From an uncultured cyanobacterium (GTDB lineage Bacteria > Cyanobacteriota > Cyanobacteriia > Cyanobacteriales > Cyanobacteriaceae): a stretch of DNA of 64,000 bases. Shown piece after piece: positions 1 through 12,283 of this stretch. Every line of letters starts with the position of its first letter. Within the stretch, counting starts at the first letter, position 1. The notes beneath the pieces are model-generated. The model ran no database searches, had not been told where the DNA came from, and was given only the letters and a program-made list of their open reading frames with translations. The translations under genes and the position numbers were made by a program. The stretch is from contig CAVQBA010000007.1 of the NCBI GenBank assembly GCA_963710605.1, positions 224,001 through 288,000 on the forward strand, read 5' to 3'.

Positions 1-862
1 TGATTGAGCCTTGATGAGTATAACGAATCGCATTACCTAATAAATTAACTAAAATTTGTTGAGTTCGATCGCGATCGGCTATAACTAAAGGTAAGGAAGG
101 AGGGCAATTTATTTTTAATATTGGCCCATCTTCTAAAAGTTGATCACTAAAACGCTCGACGAGAGATTTGAGTAAAGTAATTATATTAAAAGGTTTTAAC
201 TCTAATAAAATATATCCTGCCTCAGCTTTGGATAACTCTTGTAAATCACGAGTTAATCTTTCTAGTCTTTTTGTTTCGGCTACTAAATTTGAATATAATT
301 CGGGAGTGCCTTCTATATCTCCTGTGGCTAATTCTTCTAAGTAACCTCTAACTACAGTTAAAGGTGTACGTAACTCATGAGTCAAATCACTAACTAATTC
401 TCTTCTACGTGACTCAACATCTTGTAAACCACTAGCCATACGATTAAAACTAACACTCAATTGGTTTAATTCAGGGATTTCACTTTCTGGCATTCTTTCT
501 TGCAAATCACCTGCGGCGAAATCTTGGGTAATTTGTCGCATTTTTTGTAACGGTTGCATAATTCGGTGACTTAGATAATAACTTAAAACACCTGCGGTAC
601 TACCACCAACGATTAATGACCACCATGTACTACGATTCCAAGCTGTTTCAAAGCCATCAATCAAATATGTTTTCGCCAATCGAAATGTGATAAAACCTTT
701 TCTTTCTAGTTGTTCTAATCTTAAAACAAAAAATTGCGGGGAAGACAATTTGGCAACAAAAATAAATGTACCTAACCCTACCATCATTACTGCTAAGTGA
801 GAGAAAAGTAATCTGGTTGCTAAACTAAAGTTGGGGTTATCTTCTGATTTTGATGGCTTCAT
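1..862 (-). CDS. Two-component sensor histidine kinase (TM-HAMP-HisKA-HATPase), 3' end outside window
   Basis: Manual translation from ATG at 862: MKPSKSEDNPNFSLATRLLFSHLAVMM..., HAMP (EIPELNQLSVSFNRMA), H-box DLTHELRTPLT, N-box QILVNLLGNAIRY. Confidence 0.9.
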   Translation of the reverse strand, partial: MKPSKSEDNPNFSLATRLLFSHLAVMMVGLGTFIFVAKLSSPQFFVLRLEQLERKGFITFRLAKTYLIDGFETAWNRSTWWSLIVGGSTAGVLSYYLSHRIMQPLQKMRQITQDFAAGDLQERMPESEIPELNQLSVSFNRMASGLQDVESRRRELVSDLTHELRTPLTVVRGYLEELATGDIEGTPELYSNLVAETKRLERLTRDLQELSKAEAGYILLELKPFNIITLLKSLVERFSDQLLEDGPILKINCPPSLPLVIADRDRTQQILVNLLGNAIRYTHQGSI

Positions 863-870
863 TTAGTTAA

Positions 871-1098
871 GAGTAAGGAGTAAGGAGTAAGGAGTAAGGA
901 GTAAGGAGTAAGGAGTAAGGAGTAAGGAGTAAGAAGTAAGGAGTAAGAAGTAAGAAGTAAGGAGTAAGGAGTAAGAAGTAAGAAGTAAGAAGTAAGGAGT
1001 AAGGAGTAAGGAGTAAGGAGTAAGGAGTAAGAAGTAAGGAGTAAGGAGTAAGGAGTAAGGAGTAAGGAGTAAGAAGTAAGGAGTAAGGAGTAAGGAGT
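871..1098. repeat. Heptamer tandem repeat (STRR-type), 32 units of RAGTAAG
   Basis: Counted 24 GAGTAAG and 8 AAGTAAG units (871-1094) plus a partial unit. Confidence 0.97.
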
Positions 1099-1220
1099 GT
1101 TAATTGTTAGTTACAATCGCTATTATTATATAATTTAGCTTCTATCTATCATATCCTTTTCTATAAATACTAATCGATCGCTGAAAATGATTTGTTTGGC
1201 TATTCTCCATTTCGGATTAT

Positions 1221-1980
1221 TTAATTAGCCGCTCGAGATTGATTAACAGAATAACAAAAACGATCGCCACGAGAAATAGATTGACCATGAACTAGAACAA
1301 GATTATCCTTGCTATAAGCAGTGTGTCGATACACTAATAGGGGATGTCCTAAAGATACATCTAAATATTCACTTAGTTCTAAGTTAGCATTGGTACATTC
1401 AATTATCGCTTCAACTCGATCGATTTTCCAGTCATTATTCTCTAAGACAGAAAAAGTCATTTTGTTTCTAACTGCACTAATTAAAGGTTGACCAACTTCT
1501 GACAACATATAAGTAATATCTACACATCCTGCTACACCATCAATGAGTAATAGTTTTTTTTGTTCTAAGGCAATCTGGTTATCTACAGGTAATTTTAAAA
1601 TTTGAGCAATTTCTTTAGAAACGACTACGGGTTGTAAACTAATATTGTTGATTGATAGTTCTATTCCTTGATTATTCAAATCATCGGCTAAAAAAACTAA
1701 CGGGTTACCAAGTTGATAAGTTACTTTTCGCACTATATTAACAAATGCGCCTTTCCCTTGTTTGGTGATCACAACTCCCTGATTGGACTAAATTAGCGAT
1801 CGCTTTTCTAATCGTAATACGACTTACTTTCCATTGTTTGATTAATTCTCTTTCACTAGGTAATTTATCGCCCGATGAATAATGACCATCAAGTATCTGT
1901 TGATATATATATTCAGAGATATATAAATGAAAAGGTATTTGTTTTTGTTTGTTTGTCATACTTATTTTGCTCATCAACAA
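1221..1980 (-). CDS. GntR-family (HutC/UTRA) transcriptional regulator, split by a 1-nt frameshift near 1785
   Basis: wHTH LPSERELIKQWKVSRITIRKAI in ORF 1738-1980; KQGKGAFV and UTRA domain (RGDRF) in ORF 1221-1772. Confidence 0.9.
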
Positions 1981-2026
1981 TTAACTCTTCAAGTCATTGT
2001 CAATCGTCTAGAGTTTACTGTCAATT

Positions 2027-2084
2027 TTGTCACTTGTTATAACAAGTTGCTATAATGAGTAAAATTTCACTTGTCATAACAAGT
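2027..2084 (+). promoter_or_regulatory. Sigma70-like promoter bracketed by two palindromic GntR/HutC-type operators
   Basis: TTGTCA 2027-2032 and TATAAT 2051-2056; perfect palindrome ACTTGTTATAACAAGT 2032-2047; ACTTGTCATAACAAGT 2069-2084. Confidence 0.8.
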
Positions 2085-2260
2085 TGTTGGAAAATGAAAT
2101 TATGAATACAAAACCAATCAGAAAAAAGAGTAACAAAATCAACGAAGCTCAGCAGCTTACTAGATAGATTACCTAAACCAGGTGTGGATACATTACCAAC
2201 TTCTTTAAATCAAGATCGATAAGTGAATCAGTCAAGTCAAATACTCAATTTAGGAAAAAA

Positions 2261-3139
2261 ATACTCACACCCCAACAATTAAAACAATTAAACACTCGTT
2301 CTAATCTACAAGGTTTAAAACAATTAGCGGTCATTTGTTAGTAATTATTGCAAGTGGGTTTTTATGGAGTACGACTGAGAATTGGTTAATTAAAATACCG
2401 ATGTTGATTATTTATGGTTTTAGTTTAGCGACAATGTTTGCACCTGTTCATGAATGTTCTCATGGTACTGCTTTTAGTAACGATCGTCTTAATAAAGTAG
2501 TAGGTTGGTTTGCAGGAGTTTTGTCTTTATATAACAGTATTTTTTATCGTCACTATCACAAATGGCATCATAAATATACCCAAATTGCTGGTAAAGATCC
2601 AGAATTAGAAGATTTCAAACCTCGTAATTTATCGAGAATATATTTTAGAAATTAGTGGTTTTAATTGGTGGGTAGGTAAAATTAAAACTCATTATCGGGT
2701 AGCCACAGGAAAATTAGATCATTGTCCTTATATTTTAGAGAATGCCAAAAAAGATGTCATCAATTCGACAAGATTACAACTTAGTGTTTATGCAATTTTA
2801 TTAATAGTTAGTATTGTGTTTAAACAGCCTTGGTTTTTTAGTTTGTGGTTATTACCTTTAGCTGTGGGGCAACCTTTGTTACGGATGATTATTTTAGCCG
2901 AACATTGGGGTTGTAGTGACGATAATAATCTTTTGACTAATACACGGACTACTTTAACTATTTTGCCGATTCAATTTTTGATGTGGAATATGCCTTTTCA
3001 TGCCGAGCATCATTTATATCCTTCGATTCCTTTTCATCGAATCTCGATCGCTCATCAACAACTAAAAGAGCATTTTACTGTAATCGATCGAGGTTATCTT
3101 AATGTTCATCGAAAACAATTCAAAACGATCGATAATTAA
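2261..3139 (+). CDS. Fatty-acid-desaturase-family membrane diiron enzyme (MocD/rhizopine oxygenase-like), frameshifted at ~2330 and ~2632; start uncertain
   Basis: His boxes HECSH, HKWHH, HAEHH; motif WNMPFHAEHHLYPSIPFH; upstream frame ILTPQQLKQLNTRSNLQG. Confidence 0.85.
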
Positions 3140-3305
3140 GCTTTGCATTGGAGTTTATAATCCTCTCATATCTAAATCAGGATTTTACATGATTTAAGGA
3201 TTGGCAAGATTATTTTTTTGATTAATTATGCCGATTTTATTTAATTCGATCGATTCATAAGGTTTACAGGCATTTTTAAATGAACAAAAGATAATTTATA
3301 GATCA

Positions 3306-4328
3306 ATGGTAATAGATGTGAATAATACATACAGCTTTGAAATCAAAAATTTTGCCTTACAATGTGGTGTAATTTTACCATCAGCGAAGATTGTTTATAA
3401 AACCTATGGTAAGTTAAATGACGATCGTTCCAATGTCATACTATATCCCACATCCTATGGTGCAAGGCACGATAATATTGAATGGCTAATTCGTCCCGAT
3501 AGTATATTAGATCCTAGTCAATATTTTATTATCATTCCTAATATGCTTGGTAATGGCTTATCCACTTCACCGAGTAATAATCCGATCTGTAAACTAGCCG
3601 AGTCAAGTTTTTGGTTTACTCATTTAGATAACATCACCGCTCAGAAAAAGTTACTCGATTCTTTAGGAATTGAAAAACTAGAATTAGTTTATGGTTGGTC
3701 GATGGGAGCTCAACAGGCTTATCATTGGGGAGTATTGTATCCAAGTTATGTTAAACGTCTTGCTTGTCTTTGTGGTACGGCTAAAACCACAGAGCATAAT
3801 CAAGTTTTTTTATTAAGTTTACGTAGTGCTTTAACTGCCGATTCGGCTTGGAATGGTACTGAATTTACCACAACTGTCGATCGAGGATATAAAACTTTTG
3901 CTCGTATTTATGCTAGTTGGGCGGCATCTCAACCTTATTATAAACAACAAATTTATCGTCAACTTGGTTACGAATCTTTAGAAGATTATTTAGTTAGAGG
4001 TTGGGAAGCAAATTATCGTCAACGCAATCCTCATGATTTGTTAGCGATGATAGATACATGGTTACGGTGTGATATTAGTAATAATTCGCTTTATCAAGGA
4101 GAATATCAAAAGGCTTTACAGTCAATTACGGCTAAAACTTTAGTGATGCCATCAACTACAGATTTATATTTTACTCCTGAAGATTGTCTTGCTGAAGCTA
4201 ATTTGATTGGTGATAGTAAATATTTATCTATTGATTCTATTTGGGGGCATCGATCGGGAAATCCTTATCAAAATAAAGAAGATGAAATATTTATCGCTGA
4301 GGCAATACGAGAGTTAATGCGATCGTAA
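3306..4328 (+). CDS. Homoserine O-acetyltransferase-like alpha/beta hydrolase (MetX-like fold)
   Basis: YKTYGKLN, NMLGNGLSTSPSN, nucleophile motif GWSMG, DLYF, SIWGH. Confidence 0.85.
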   Translation: MVIDVNNTYSFEIKNFALQCGVILPSAKIVYKTYGKLNDDRSNVILYPTSYGARHDNIEWLIRPDSILDPSQYFIIIPNMLGNGLSTSPSNNPICKLAESSFWFTHLDNITAQKKLLDSLGIEKLELVYGWSMGAQQAYHWGVLYPSYVKRLACLCGTAKTTEHNQVFLLSLRSALTADSAWNGTEFTTTVDRGYKTFARIYASWAASQPYYKQQIYRQLGYESLEDYLVRGWEANYRQRNPHDLLAMIDTWLRCDISNNSLYQGEYQKALQSITAKTLVMPSTTDLYFTPEDCLAEANLIGDSKYLSIDSIWGHRSGNPYQNKEDEIFIAEAIRELMRS

Positions 4329-4384
4329 TCAGGCTGTTAAAAATCGATCTATAGTAAGGCACGATTCGATCGGGACATTTTTTG

Positions 4385-4531
4385 TACCAAATTCAAAAAA
4401 CAAAGACACAGATCAATCCCCCTAAATCCACAGGGCTTACAAGCACCTGAAATAAATTCAGGTGACAGCCCTTCCCCTTTGTAAGGGGGACTTAATCGAT
4501 TTATGTGTCGCTTTAATAAATTGAATTGGTA
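4385..4531. mobile_element. MITE-like element with a nested 41-bp hairpin insertion
   Basis: Ends TACCAAATTCAA / TTGAATTGGTA; related uninterrupted sequence at 34234-34298; insert AGGGCT...AGCCCT at 4432-4472. Confidence 0.6.
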
Positions 4532-4594
4532 TTAGATTTGCTAGTTTGAGATAAGCCAAGAGTAAGGGTTATAATGCAATTATCAAATTAAATT

Positions 4595-5917
4595 TTGTTA
4601 AAGCTTATGAGAATTAATTGGCAATATGGAGACTCATCAATACTTGCAAAATATGCAGGTAAGCCAGTAATCAATAATGGGTTAGTTTATATTAGTGCAG
4701 GAAATCAACAAGGTTATCCAACTTTGTACTGCATCAATGCTCAGACAGGAATAGAGCAATGGCATTATACTTCTCAAAACAACGGTTTTGGTTTTACATC
4801 TTCTCAAATCTTCAATGATAATATCTACCTATTGAGTAAGTTCGGAAAACTTTTATCTCTTAATGCACTCACAGGAGATTTGAACTGGGAAGTTGGGGTT
4901 GAAAATATATTTTCATCTTTGCGAGGTTCATCTTCTCCACCTTCATCTTTGCCATTTTCGTCTTTGCCGATACCACTAGAATCTTCTCCAATAATAATTA
5001 ATAATATTATCTATGTTGGTAGCAATAATGGATGTTTATATTTGTTTGAACCTAATACTGGCGACAATTTGGGTAAAATTGAAATATGCGAACAAGGAAT
5101 AATAAATACTCCAGTTTATGTCGATGAATATAATCTAATTTGTCTTGAAATAAGCGATGGAAGTGTATGTGTCATCGATTTAGAGACACAAAAAGTTAAA
5201 TGGATGTATTCTAATCAAGAAAACAGACCTGAATTTGAGCAAGTTCAGAATTACAAAGAATTATTCCCCGATATATTATTGACATTATTCCCCCCCATGT
5301 CTCAATGGTTTAATGTGGCGTCTTCTGGTCTAAAATATATGTTCAATATTGGTGGAATTCCAATTGTGTCTAAAGGAATAGTTTATAGCGGTGGTGGTAG
5401 AACTAATTTTGTCGCTTTAGATTTGGAATCTGGAACTAAAATTTGGGAGTTTTGCTCTACACAAGAACTTGAACTTCAAAAATTGACATCCCCAGCAGTA
5501 AGTAATAATGTAGTTTGTTTTGGAAATAAAAACGGTACTGTATGGGCGGCAAATTCTGATAATGGTCAAATACTTTGGTCTTACGAGACTATTACTACTG
5601 TTAATAATTTCAATTTTGGCTCGATGTTTTCTCCAGTGATTAGTAACGATCGAGTTATTATTGGTGGAAGAGGAGGATATTTGCGAGGTTTAGAATTACA
5701 AACAGGTCAACAGTTGTGGAAATTTGAGGCACCTAATTCTGAAACATTTTCGACACAACCAATGGACTTATTTACTAATGCTGTCAATACAATAGGAAAA
5801 GTTTTTATTGATAATTGTCCTTCTTCGCAATTTTATTCACCCCTTGTTACCGATAATTCAATTTACGTAGTTGCTGAAAATGGCTCGTTCAAAACCTTTT
5901 TGTCATTAAGTATCTAA
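4595..5917 (+). CDS. PQQ-like (BamB-type) beta-propeller repeat protein
   Basis: Repeated AL[DN]xxTGxxxW motifs and SPxVxxxxVY strands; likely start ATG 4607. Confidence 0.85.
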   Translation: MLKLMRINWQYGDSSILAKYAGKPVINNGLVYISAGNQQGYPTLYCINAQTGIEQWHYTSQNNGFGFTSSQIFNDNIYLLSKFGKLLSLNALTGDLNWEVGVENIFSSLRGSSSPPSSLPFSSLPIPLESSPIIINNIIYVGSNNGCLYLFEPNTGDNLGKIEICEQGIINTPVYVDEYNLICLEISDGSVCVIDLETQKVKWMYSNQENRPEFEQVQNYKELFPDILLTLFPPMSQWFNVASSGLKYMFNIGGIPIVSKGIVYSGGGRTNFVALDLESGTKIWEFCSTQELELQKLTSPAVSNNVVCFGNKNGTVWAANSDNGQILWSYETITTVNNFNFGSMFSPVISNDRVIIGGRGGYLRGLELQTGQQLWKFEAPNSETFSTQPMDLFTNAVNTIGKVFIDNCPSSQFYSPLVTDNSIYVVAENGSFKTFLSLSI

Positions 5918-6038
5918 ATCAATTCGTACTATGTCTAAAAATCAAATCAGCGATACGATCGAACTTTAGCTAGTTATTAAGACTGATGATTAACAGTTAA
6001 TAGTGAGTATAACGAAAATACGATCGATTATTTTTGGT

Positions 6039-7353
6039 TCAAGAAAAACGTTGATAAACAGTAACCAAACCATCGTCATCACCTACATTACCAGGGAATA
6101 AAACTACAGGTAAACTAGGAAACAAAGGATGATCTTTTTCGGTTGTAATCACCGAGCAACCTGCTAAAATTTGTCCTAATAATCGAGCTTCTTTTAGACT
6201 CAAAGCCGAACTTAAAACGTCATTAGATGTGATACCACCTTTACTAATGAGAAAACCAATATCAGAGGGCAAATTACGGGTAATATCCATTAAAACAGCA
6301 GATACTTGTTTGCCAAATTCTAATCTTGCGTCAATATTTTCAAAACTTAATTCTTCTCGGCTAGTATAAACAACAGGTGTTTTTTTACTATCTAATATTT
6401 GTTTGACTTTATCCAAAGCTGATTCTATGATACGATCGCGTTGTGTTAGATCATCTCTTAAAGCAACGACATCAATTTCGATACCTTCAACATCAGGTTG
6501 CGTCAAAAGTTGTTTGAGTTGTTGAGTAGTTTTGTTAACATGAGAACCAACGACAATAACACCATTATTATCATAAGGTTTATAAGTTGCCATGTCTTCA
6601 GCGGGTACGGGTTGTTTACCTAATCTAGCTAAGGAAGTTAAAATACTAGCTGCACTACGAAAAAGGAATTTTTTTCCTTCTTGGGCAACAACTAACAAGT
6701 CTTGGGCGAATAAATCTAAATCGGTTTGGTTTTCAGCATCAACTGCCACACATTGGTTATTTTTTAACTGACGCAATCTGTCTTTAATACCGTTTCTAAT
6801 TTCGTGAGTGACAAATTTTTCTACTTGATCGGCTTTAATTTTACCAGATGTTTTTTCTTCGACATAATCGGGTAAATAACTATAGCTATAACCAAAAACA
6901 GAATCATTAGCAAATTCGGTTTCATGAACGGGTGTAGGCACACCATCAATGATAAGGTAATGGGTTGAATTTTTGGTAATTCTGCCTCCTTCAAAAAAAG
7001 CAGGAATCAAAAAATGAGCGTCAAAACCTCCTAACTCAGAAGCAATGACATCGGTTTCTGAATGGATAATGCCCTCTGAGGGTAGAATCAGAGCGACTAA
7101 CTACCAAATATTCCGTAATACCTGCTTGAGCGATCGCTTTTTTAAGATTTTGGCAAACTTCTTGAGTAACTTCTTTTGCTTCTTGAGGAGATAAAGCACG
7201 AGTATTAGTTAAAACAAAAAATATCGGACTAGAATCACGTAATCCATCAACTAGGGTATCAACATCCCATTTCATTAATAATAAACAACTATGGACTGTT
7301 TGAGAACCTGTGGGGTCATCGTCTAATACAATTATTTTGGGTTGCTGATTCAT
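6039..7353 (-). CDS. Four-carbon acid sugar kinase family (DUF1537) protein, 1-nt frameshift near 7058
   Basis: VLDDDPTGSQTVH, SRSDSTLRGHYP, ISKGGITSND, VLFPGNVG. Confidence 0.9.
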
Positions 7354-7356
7354 GTC

Positions 7357-7390
7357 GATAGTTGATAGTTGATAGTTGATAGTTGATAGT
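7357..7390. repeat. Heptamer repeat (GATAGTT)n directly upstream of a start codon
   Basis: About 5 units visible. Confidence 0.85.
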
Positions 7391-7703
7391 TGTTGCTTTG
7401 GCTAAAAACGCACGGAAACATCTAATCGTAAAATAAAGAAGCAAAAAGCCAAAAGTATTAGTTAGTTAAATGTTTGCTATACTAAATTTCAAGCCTACCG
7501 CAGCTGGGTATCCGCACATCCCCAACCCCTCTACCTTCGGTATCTCCCCTACAAAGGGGAAATTGGAATTTGAGAAGAGAATTGTTAAATTTTATTTGAA
7601 TTCGATTTTAGTATGCAATTAGCCAGATAATCTTCTTAAGTAGGGGTGCATGGCTTGCACCCTTAGACAAGCAATAAAGAAGGAAATTATCCATTTCGAT
7701 TAT

Positions 7704-8987
7704 CTAACTGAATTGTTCGTAAACTTCAAGGTTAAATAAAGTTTGTAAGGTTTGTAACGCTTCACGACGAGCTTCTATATCTTGTTGTGTACGTAATTGT
7801 ACCATTGGATCGTGTAATATTTTATTGACGATACCACGGGTTAAGGCTTCGATTACTTCTTGATGTTTTTCAGCAAATTCTGAACCTAAACGAGATAATG
7901 CTTTTTCTAATTCTTGTTCTCTGATTTGTTCAATTTTACCACGCAAACAGCTAATAGTTGGTACTGTTTCTAATGATTCCCACCACAATTCAAAGGCTTT
8001 GATTTCTTGCTCTAATAATACTTCGGCTTCTTTTGCCATTTCTCGACGACTAGCTTGGTTTTGAGCAACTACTTCTTTTAAGTCATCTACATTATAAACT
8101 TCGATCGATTCTAATTCATCGACATCACTAGCGACATTTCTCGGTACGGAAATATCAACTAACATCAAAGACTCTAAATTAGATAATTCAGACAAATTAG
8201 CTTTATCTAAAATTGGTTTTGTTGCCCCTGTGCTGGTGAAAACAATATCAGAATCACTGACTACATTAAGCATTTGCTCTAATGTTTCTAATTTTAGATC
8301 GACTAAAGAGAATTTTTTGGCTAACTCTTGCGCTCTATTTTTGGAACGATTAACGATCGTTATATCTGTAGCACCTCTAGAAACTAAATGTTTCACTAAT
8401 AAATAAGACATTTTACCAGCACCGATAATCGCAATTTTTTCTTCTGCTAAATTATCAGTTTTAAGATTAACTAATTCTACTGCCGCCGAACTAATTGAAA
8501 CCGCACCCGTACCGATATTGGTTTCTGTACGAACTCTTTTACCTGCACCAATGGCTTGTTTAAATAATCGATCGAGTAATCGACTCATTCCTTTATGTTT
8601 CATACCCAATTTATGAGTAGTTTTGACTTGGGCTAAAATTTGCCCTTCTCCTAAAACTAAGCTTTCTAAACCAGCGGAGACTCGCATTAAATGGCGAATT
8701 GCGTCTTGATGGAGCAACATAAATAAATTACGGCGTAATTGTCGTAGAGGAATTTGGCTCGTTTCAGCTAAAAACTGATTTATTTCGTTGACTCCTTGTT
8801 CGGTTTCGGATACTACTGCATAAATTTCTAAGCGGTTACAGGTACTCATAATCGCTACTTCTTCCATGTGAGGATAAGACAGAAGATGACGAATAGATTC
8901 TTCAATATTCGCTTCAGGAATACTGAGTTTTTCCCTAACTTCAACTGCGGCTGTTTTATGAGAAAGACCGACTACGACAATATTCAT
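7704..8987 (-). CDS. hemA: Glutamyl-tRNA reductase
   Basis: [40 protein letters not shown]. Confidence 0.98.
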   Translation of the reverse strand: MNIVVVGLSHKTAAVEVREKLSIPEANIEESIRHLLSYPHMEEVAIMSTCNRLEIYAVVSETEQGVNEINQFLAETSQIPLRQLRRNLFMLLHQDAIRHLMRVSAGLESLVLGEGQILAQVKTTHKLGMKHKGMSRLLDRLFKQAIGAGKRVRTETNIGTGAVSISSAAVELVNLKTDNLAEEKIAIIGAGKMSYLLVKHLVSRGATDITIVNRSKNRAQELAKKFSLVDLKLETLEQMLNVVSDSDIVFTSTGATKPILDKANLSELSNLESLMLVDISVPRNVASDVDELESIEVYNVDDLKEVVAQNQASRREMAKEAEVLLEQEIKAFELWWESLETVPTISCLRGKIEQIREQELEKALSRLGSEFAEKHQEVIEALTRGIVNKILHDPMVQLRTQQDIEARREALQTLQTLFNLEVYEQFS

Positions 8988-9314
8988 GTGTTTTTATTAT
9001 TTTAATTGGAAAATATAATGTGGTAACTATAAAAATGTGTCTTAACAATACTCATCATTACTGAAACTGCGTTGTTTGACAATTCAATCTCGATCTTTTG
9101 CAATGAAACTTTACTTTATAGCAAAGGGAAAAGTTAAATGGGCAAAGGGCAAAGGATAAAGATAAAGTGTTTATCAAATAAAAAAAGATCTATTTATCAC
9201 ATTTGCCCTAACTAATTCGTTGTTTACTATGGTTAAAAGTTAAGAGTTGAGAGTTAAGTTAGCGATCGCCTATTATCATTTTATCTTGACTAAACATCAA
9301 CAAGAAGAATGACC

Positions 9315-12008
9315 TTATTTTGTTGAAGTCGATCGTTTTGCTTTTGTTGTGGTAGTTTTCTTTTTAGCTGTGGTTGCCTTTTTAGCTGTACTTGTTGCTT
9401 TTTTTGTAGTTGTTTTTTTCTTAGCTGTGGTAGTTTTCTTCTTAGTTGTTTTTTTAGCTTTACTTTTTGTGCCTAATAAAGTGAGTGCTTTTTCCAAACT
9501 CATACTTTCAGCCGTTTCCCCTTCAGGTAACTTGACATTTTTTTTATTGTGTTTAAAATAAACACCATATGGTCCTTCATAAATATTAATTGGTTGCTCA
9601 TCATCAGGATGCACACCTAATTCTCTTAAAGGTTTTTTGGCACTTCTTTTACCTCTAGTTGCTTTTGGTTGAGCGAGTAATTCTAAGGCTCTTTCTAGAG
9701 TAATAGTTAAAACATCATCGCCGTCTTTAGCTTTAATCGATCGATAATCTTTACCATCTTTACCTTGGTCGTGGACTACATAAGGACCAAAACGACCTAA
9801 ACTAGCTTTAACTGGTTTACCTGTCTCTGGGTGTTCGCCTAAAGTTCGAGGTAAACGTAAATGATCTAATGCTAACTCTAAAGTTATATCTTCGAGCTTG
9901 ACATTTTTCGGGAAAGATGCTGTTTTAGGTTTTTTAGCTTTACCGATCGGTTCGTCACCTAATTGTACATAGGGGCCATAACTACCGATCAAGAGATAGA
10001 CAGGGAAATCTGTTTCGGGATCTTTTCCGAGTACTTGGGGACCTTCTGCTTTCTGTTTGAGTAGTGTTTGGGCTTGTTCGTTATCTAAATCGGCGGGGGT
10101 CAAATCTTCAGGGATAGAGGTTTTAACAATCTCACCTTCAAATTCAGCTTCTAAATAAGGACCAAATTTACCTATTTTAACAGTGTAATCTAAGTTATCT
10201 AAGGCGATCGCTTTAGCAATTTGGGGATCGATACCTTCTTCTCTTTCTTTGACTTGGGTTTGTAAACCTGTTTCACCTAAATAGAATTTTTGTAGATAAG
10301 GAAGCCAATCTTGTTCTCCTGAGGCTATATCATCAAGACTTTGCTCCATTTTTGAGGTGAATTTAGTATCAACTAAATCCTCAAAGTTTTTTTCGAGTAA
10401 ACTAGTGACGGCAAAAGCCTTAAATGTAGGTGTTAGTGCTTTACTCCGAATTTGAGCATAACCTCGATCGACGATCGTACTAATAATTGTCGCATAAGTA
10501 CTCGGTCTGCCCACACCTTCACTTTCTAATTTTTTAACTAAAGATGCTTCGGTATAACGAGCAGGGGGTTGTGTTTCGTGATTTAGTACATCTAACTTTT
10601 TACAATCTGGACGATCGCCTAGTTGTAAATTAGGTAAAATAACCTCTTGACTATCTAAAGCCGCTTTAGGGTCATCTGAGCCTTCTACATAAGCACGCAA
10701 AAAACCGTGAAAATCAATTTTTTTACCCGAAGAGCGGAAAATAGCATCTTCTACGGCAATATTAACCACAATTTGAGTTAACCTTGCATCCGCCATCTGA
10801 CAAGCCATTGTCCGTTTCCAAATTAGGTCATATAAAGCAAATTCTCGGTCTTTTAAACCAGTTTCTTTTGGTATTCTAAAAGTATTACCAGCAGGGCGAA
10901 TTGCCTCGTGTGCTTCTTGCGCTCCCTTTGCTTTAGTTTTATATTGACGGGGTTTAGGGCTAAGATATTCTTTGCCGTACATATTCTCAATACAACTACG
11001 AGCCGCCGCAATTGCTTGTGAGGAAAGGTGTACAGAGTCGGTTCTCATGTAGGTAATATAACCATTTTCATAAAGACTTTGGGCAATACGCATGGTATCT
11101 TTTGCTCCTAAACCTAATTTACGGTTAGCTTCCTGTTGCATGGTGGAAGTAGTAAAAGGAGGATAAGGGCGACGAATGGTTGCTTTTTCATCAGTATCAT
11201 TAACTTGCCAAGGTTTATTTTTTAAACGCTTCTGCAACGCCTTGGCTTGGGTTTCATCAAGGATAACAACTTTTTTACCTCGTTTTAGTTTACCTGTATC
11301 AGGGTTAAAGTCGTTACCTGTAGCTAGTTTTTGTCCATCAAGAGTGACTAGTTTAGCTTCAAAATCAGTTTTCTCATGATTTAATAGGGCTTTTAAATCC
11401 CAATATTCGGCTTTAACAAATGCTCTTCTTTCTCTTTCTCTTTGTACCAATAAACGGACGGAAACAGATTGTACTCTACCTGCGGACAAACCACCAGCTA
11501 TCTTTTTCCAAAGTAAGGGAGATAAAGTATAACCGACTAATCGATCGAGAATTCTTCGAGTTTCTTGAGCATGAACTAAATTCTGATCGATTTCCCGACA
11601 ATTATCAAGAGCTTTTTGGATAGCTTCTTTGGTAATCTCATGAAATACCATTCTTTTAATCGGCACTTTGGGTTTAAGTAACTCCAGAAGGTGCCAACTA
11701 ATACTTTCTCCTTCTCTATCTTCGTCCGTTGCTAAAATAACTTCTTTTGCTGTTTTGAGTGCTTTTTTAAGTTGTTGTACGGTTTTATTTTTGTTTTTAG
11801 GAATTACATAAATTGGCTCAAAGTTATTGTCAACATTTACACCTAACCTCGACCAATCATATTGTTTATATTCAGCAGGAATTTCATCCGAAGAAGAGGG
11901 TAAATCTCGAATATGCCCCATTGATGCTTCCACTTGATAGTCGTTGGGCAAATAATTTCTAATCGTTTTCGCTTTGGTTGGTGATTCAACAATAACTAAA
12001 GTTGACAT
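9315..12008 (-). CDS. topA: DNA topoisomerase I with Lys/Thr-rich C-terminal tail
   Basis: [45 protein letters not shown] repeats. Confidence 0.98.
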   Translation of the reverse strand: MSTLVIVESPTKAKTIRNYLPNDYQVEASMGHIRDLPSSSDEIPAEYKQYDWSRLGVNVDNNFEPIYVIPKNKNKTVQQLKKALKTAKEVILATDEDREGESISWHLLELLKPKVPIKRMVFHEITKEAIQKALDNCREIDQNLVHAQETRRILDRLVGYTLSPLLWKKIAGGLSAGRVQSVSVRLLVQRERERRAFVKAEYWDLKALLNHEKTDFEAKLVTLDGQKLATGNDFNPDTGKLKRGKKVVILDETQAKALQKRLKNKPWQVNDTDEKATIRRPYPPFTTSTMQQEANRKLGLGAKDTMRIAQSLYENGYITYMRTDSVHLSSQAIAAARSCIENMYGKEYLSPKPRQYKTKAKGAQEAHEAIRPAGNTFRIPKETGLKDREFALYDLIWKRTMACQMADARLTQIVVNIAVEDAIFRSSGKKIDFHGFLRAYVEGSDDPKAALDSQEVILPNLQLGDRPDCKKLDVLNHETQPPARYTEASLVKKLESEGVGRPSTYATIISTIVDRGYAQIRSKALTPTFKAFAVTSLLEKNFEDLVDTKFTSKMEQSLDDIASGEQDWLPYLQKFYLGETGLQTQVKEREEGIDPQIAKAIALDNLDYTVKIGKFGPYLEAEFEGEIVKTSIPEDLTPADLDNEQAQTLLKQKAEGPQVLGKDPETDFPVYLLIGSYGPYVQLGDEPIGKAKKPKTASFPKNVKLEDITLELALDHLRLPRTLGEHPETGKPVKASLGRFGPYVVHDQGKDGKDYRSIKAKDGDDVLTITLERALELLAQPKATRGKRSAKKPLRELGVHPDDEQPINIYEGPYGVYFKHNKKNVKLPEGETAESMSLEKALTLLGTKSKAKKTTKKKTTTAKKKTTTKKATSTAKKATTAKKKTTTTKAKRSTSTK

Positions 12009-12097
12009 ATAATCTTACAGCTTTTTTCTTTTGTTACTATTTTTTTTCGTCTCTAATTATTTAGCATAACTGAAATAATGAGTAATGAGTAAGTTTA

Positions 12098-12186
12098 AGA
12101 ATGGAGAATGGAGAATGGAGAATGGAGAATGGAGAATGGAGAATGAAAGAGTAACTTTTAACTGTTAACTGTTAACTGTTAACTGT
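12098..12186. repeat. Heptamer arrays (AGAATGG)~7 and (TTAACTG)~4
   Basis: Directly visible upstream of topA. Confidence 0.9.
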
Positions 12187-12283
12187 TTTTATTTTTTCTC
12201 ACTTATTTCTAATACTAAGATACTATTGTTTCAATATACATCCGAGCAATTAACAATTAAGTAATATTCTCAATTCTCAATTC

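Noticed and set aside
871-1098. Possible CRISPR array
   Set aside because: Pure 7-nt tandem repeat with no spacers; no cas genes in the window
9349-11623. Plus-strand ORFs inside topA
   Set aside because: Antisense shadows, one caused by the Lys/Thr-rich tail
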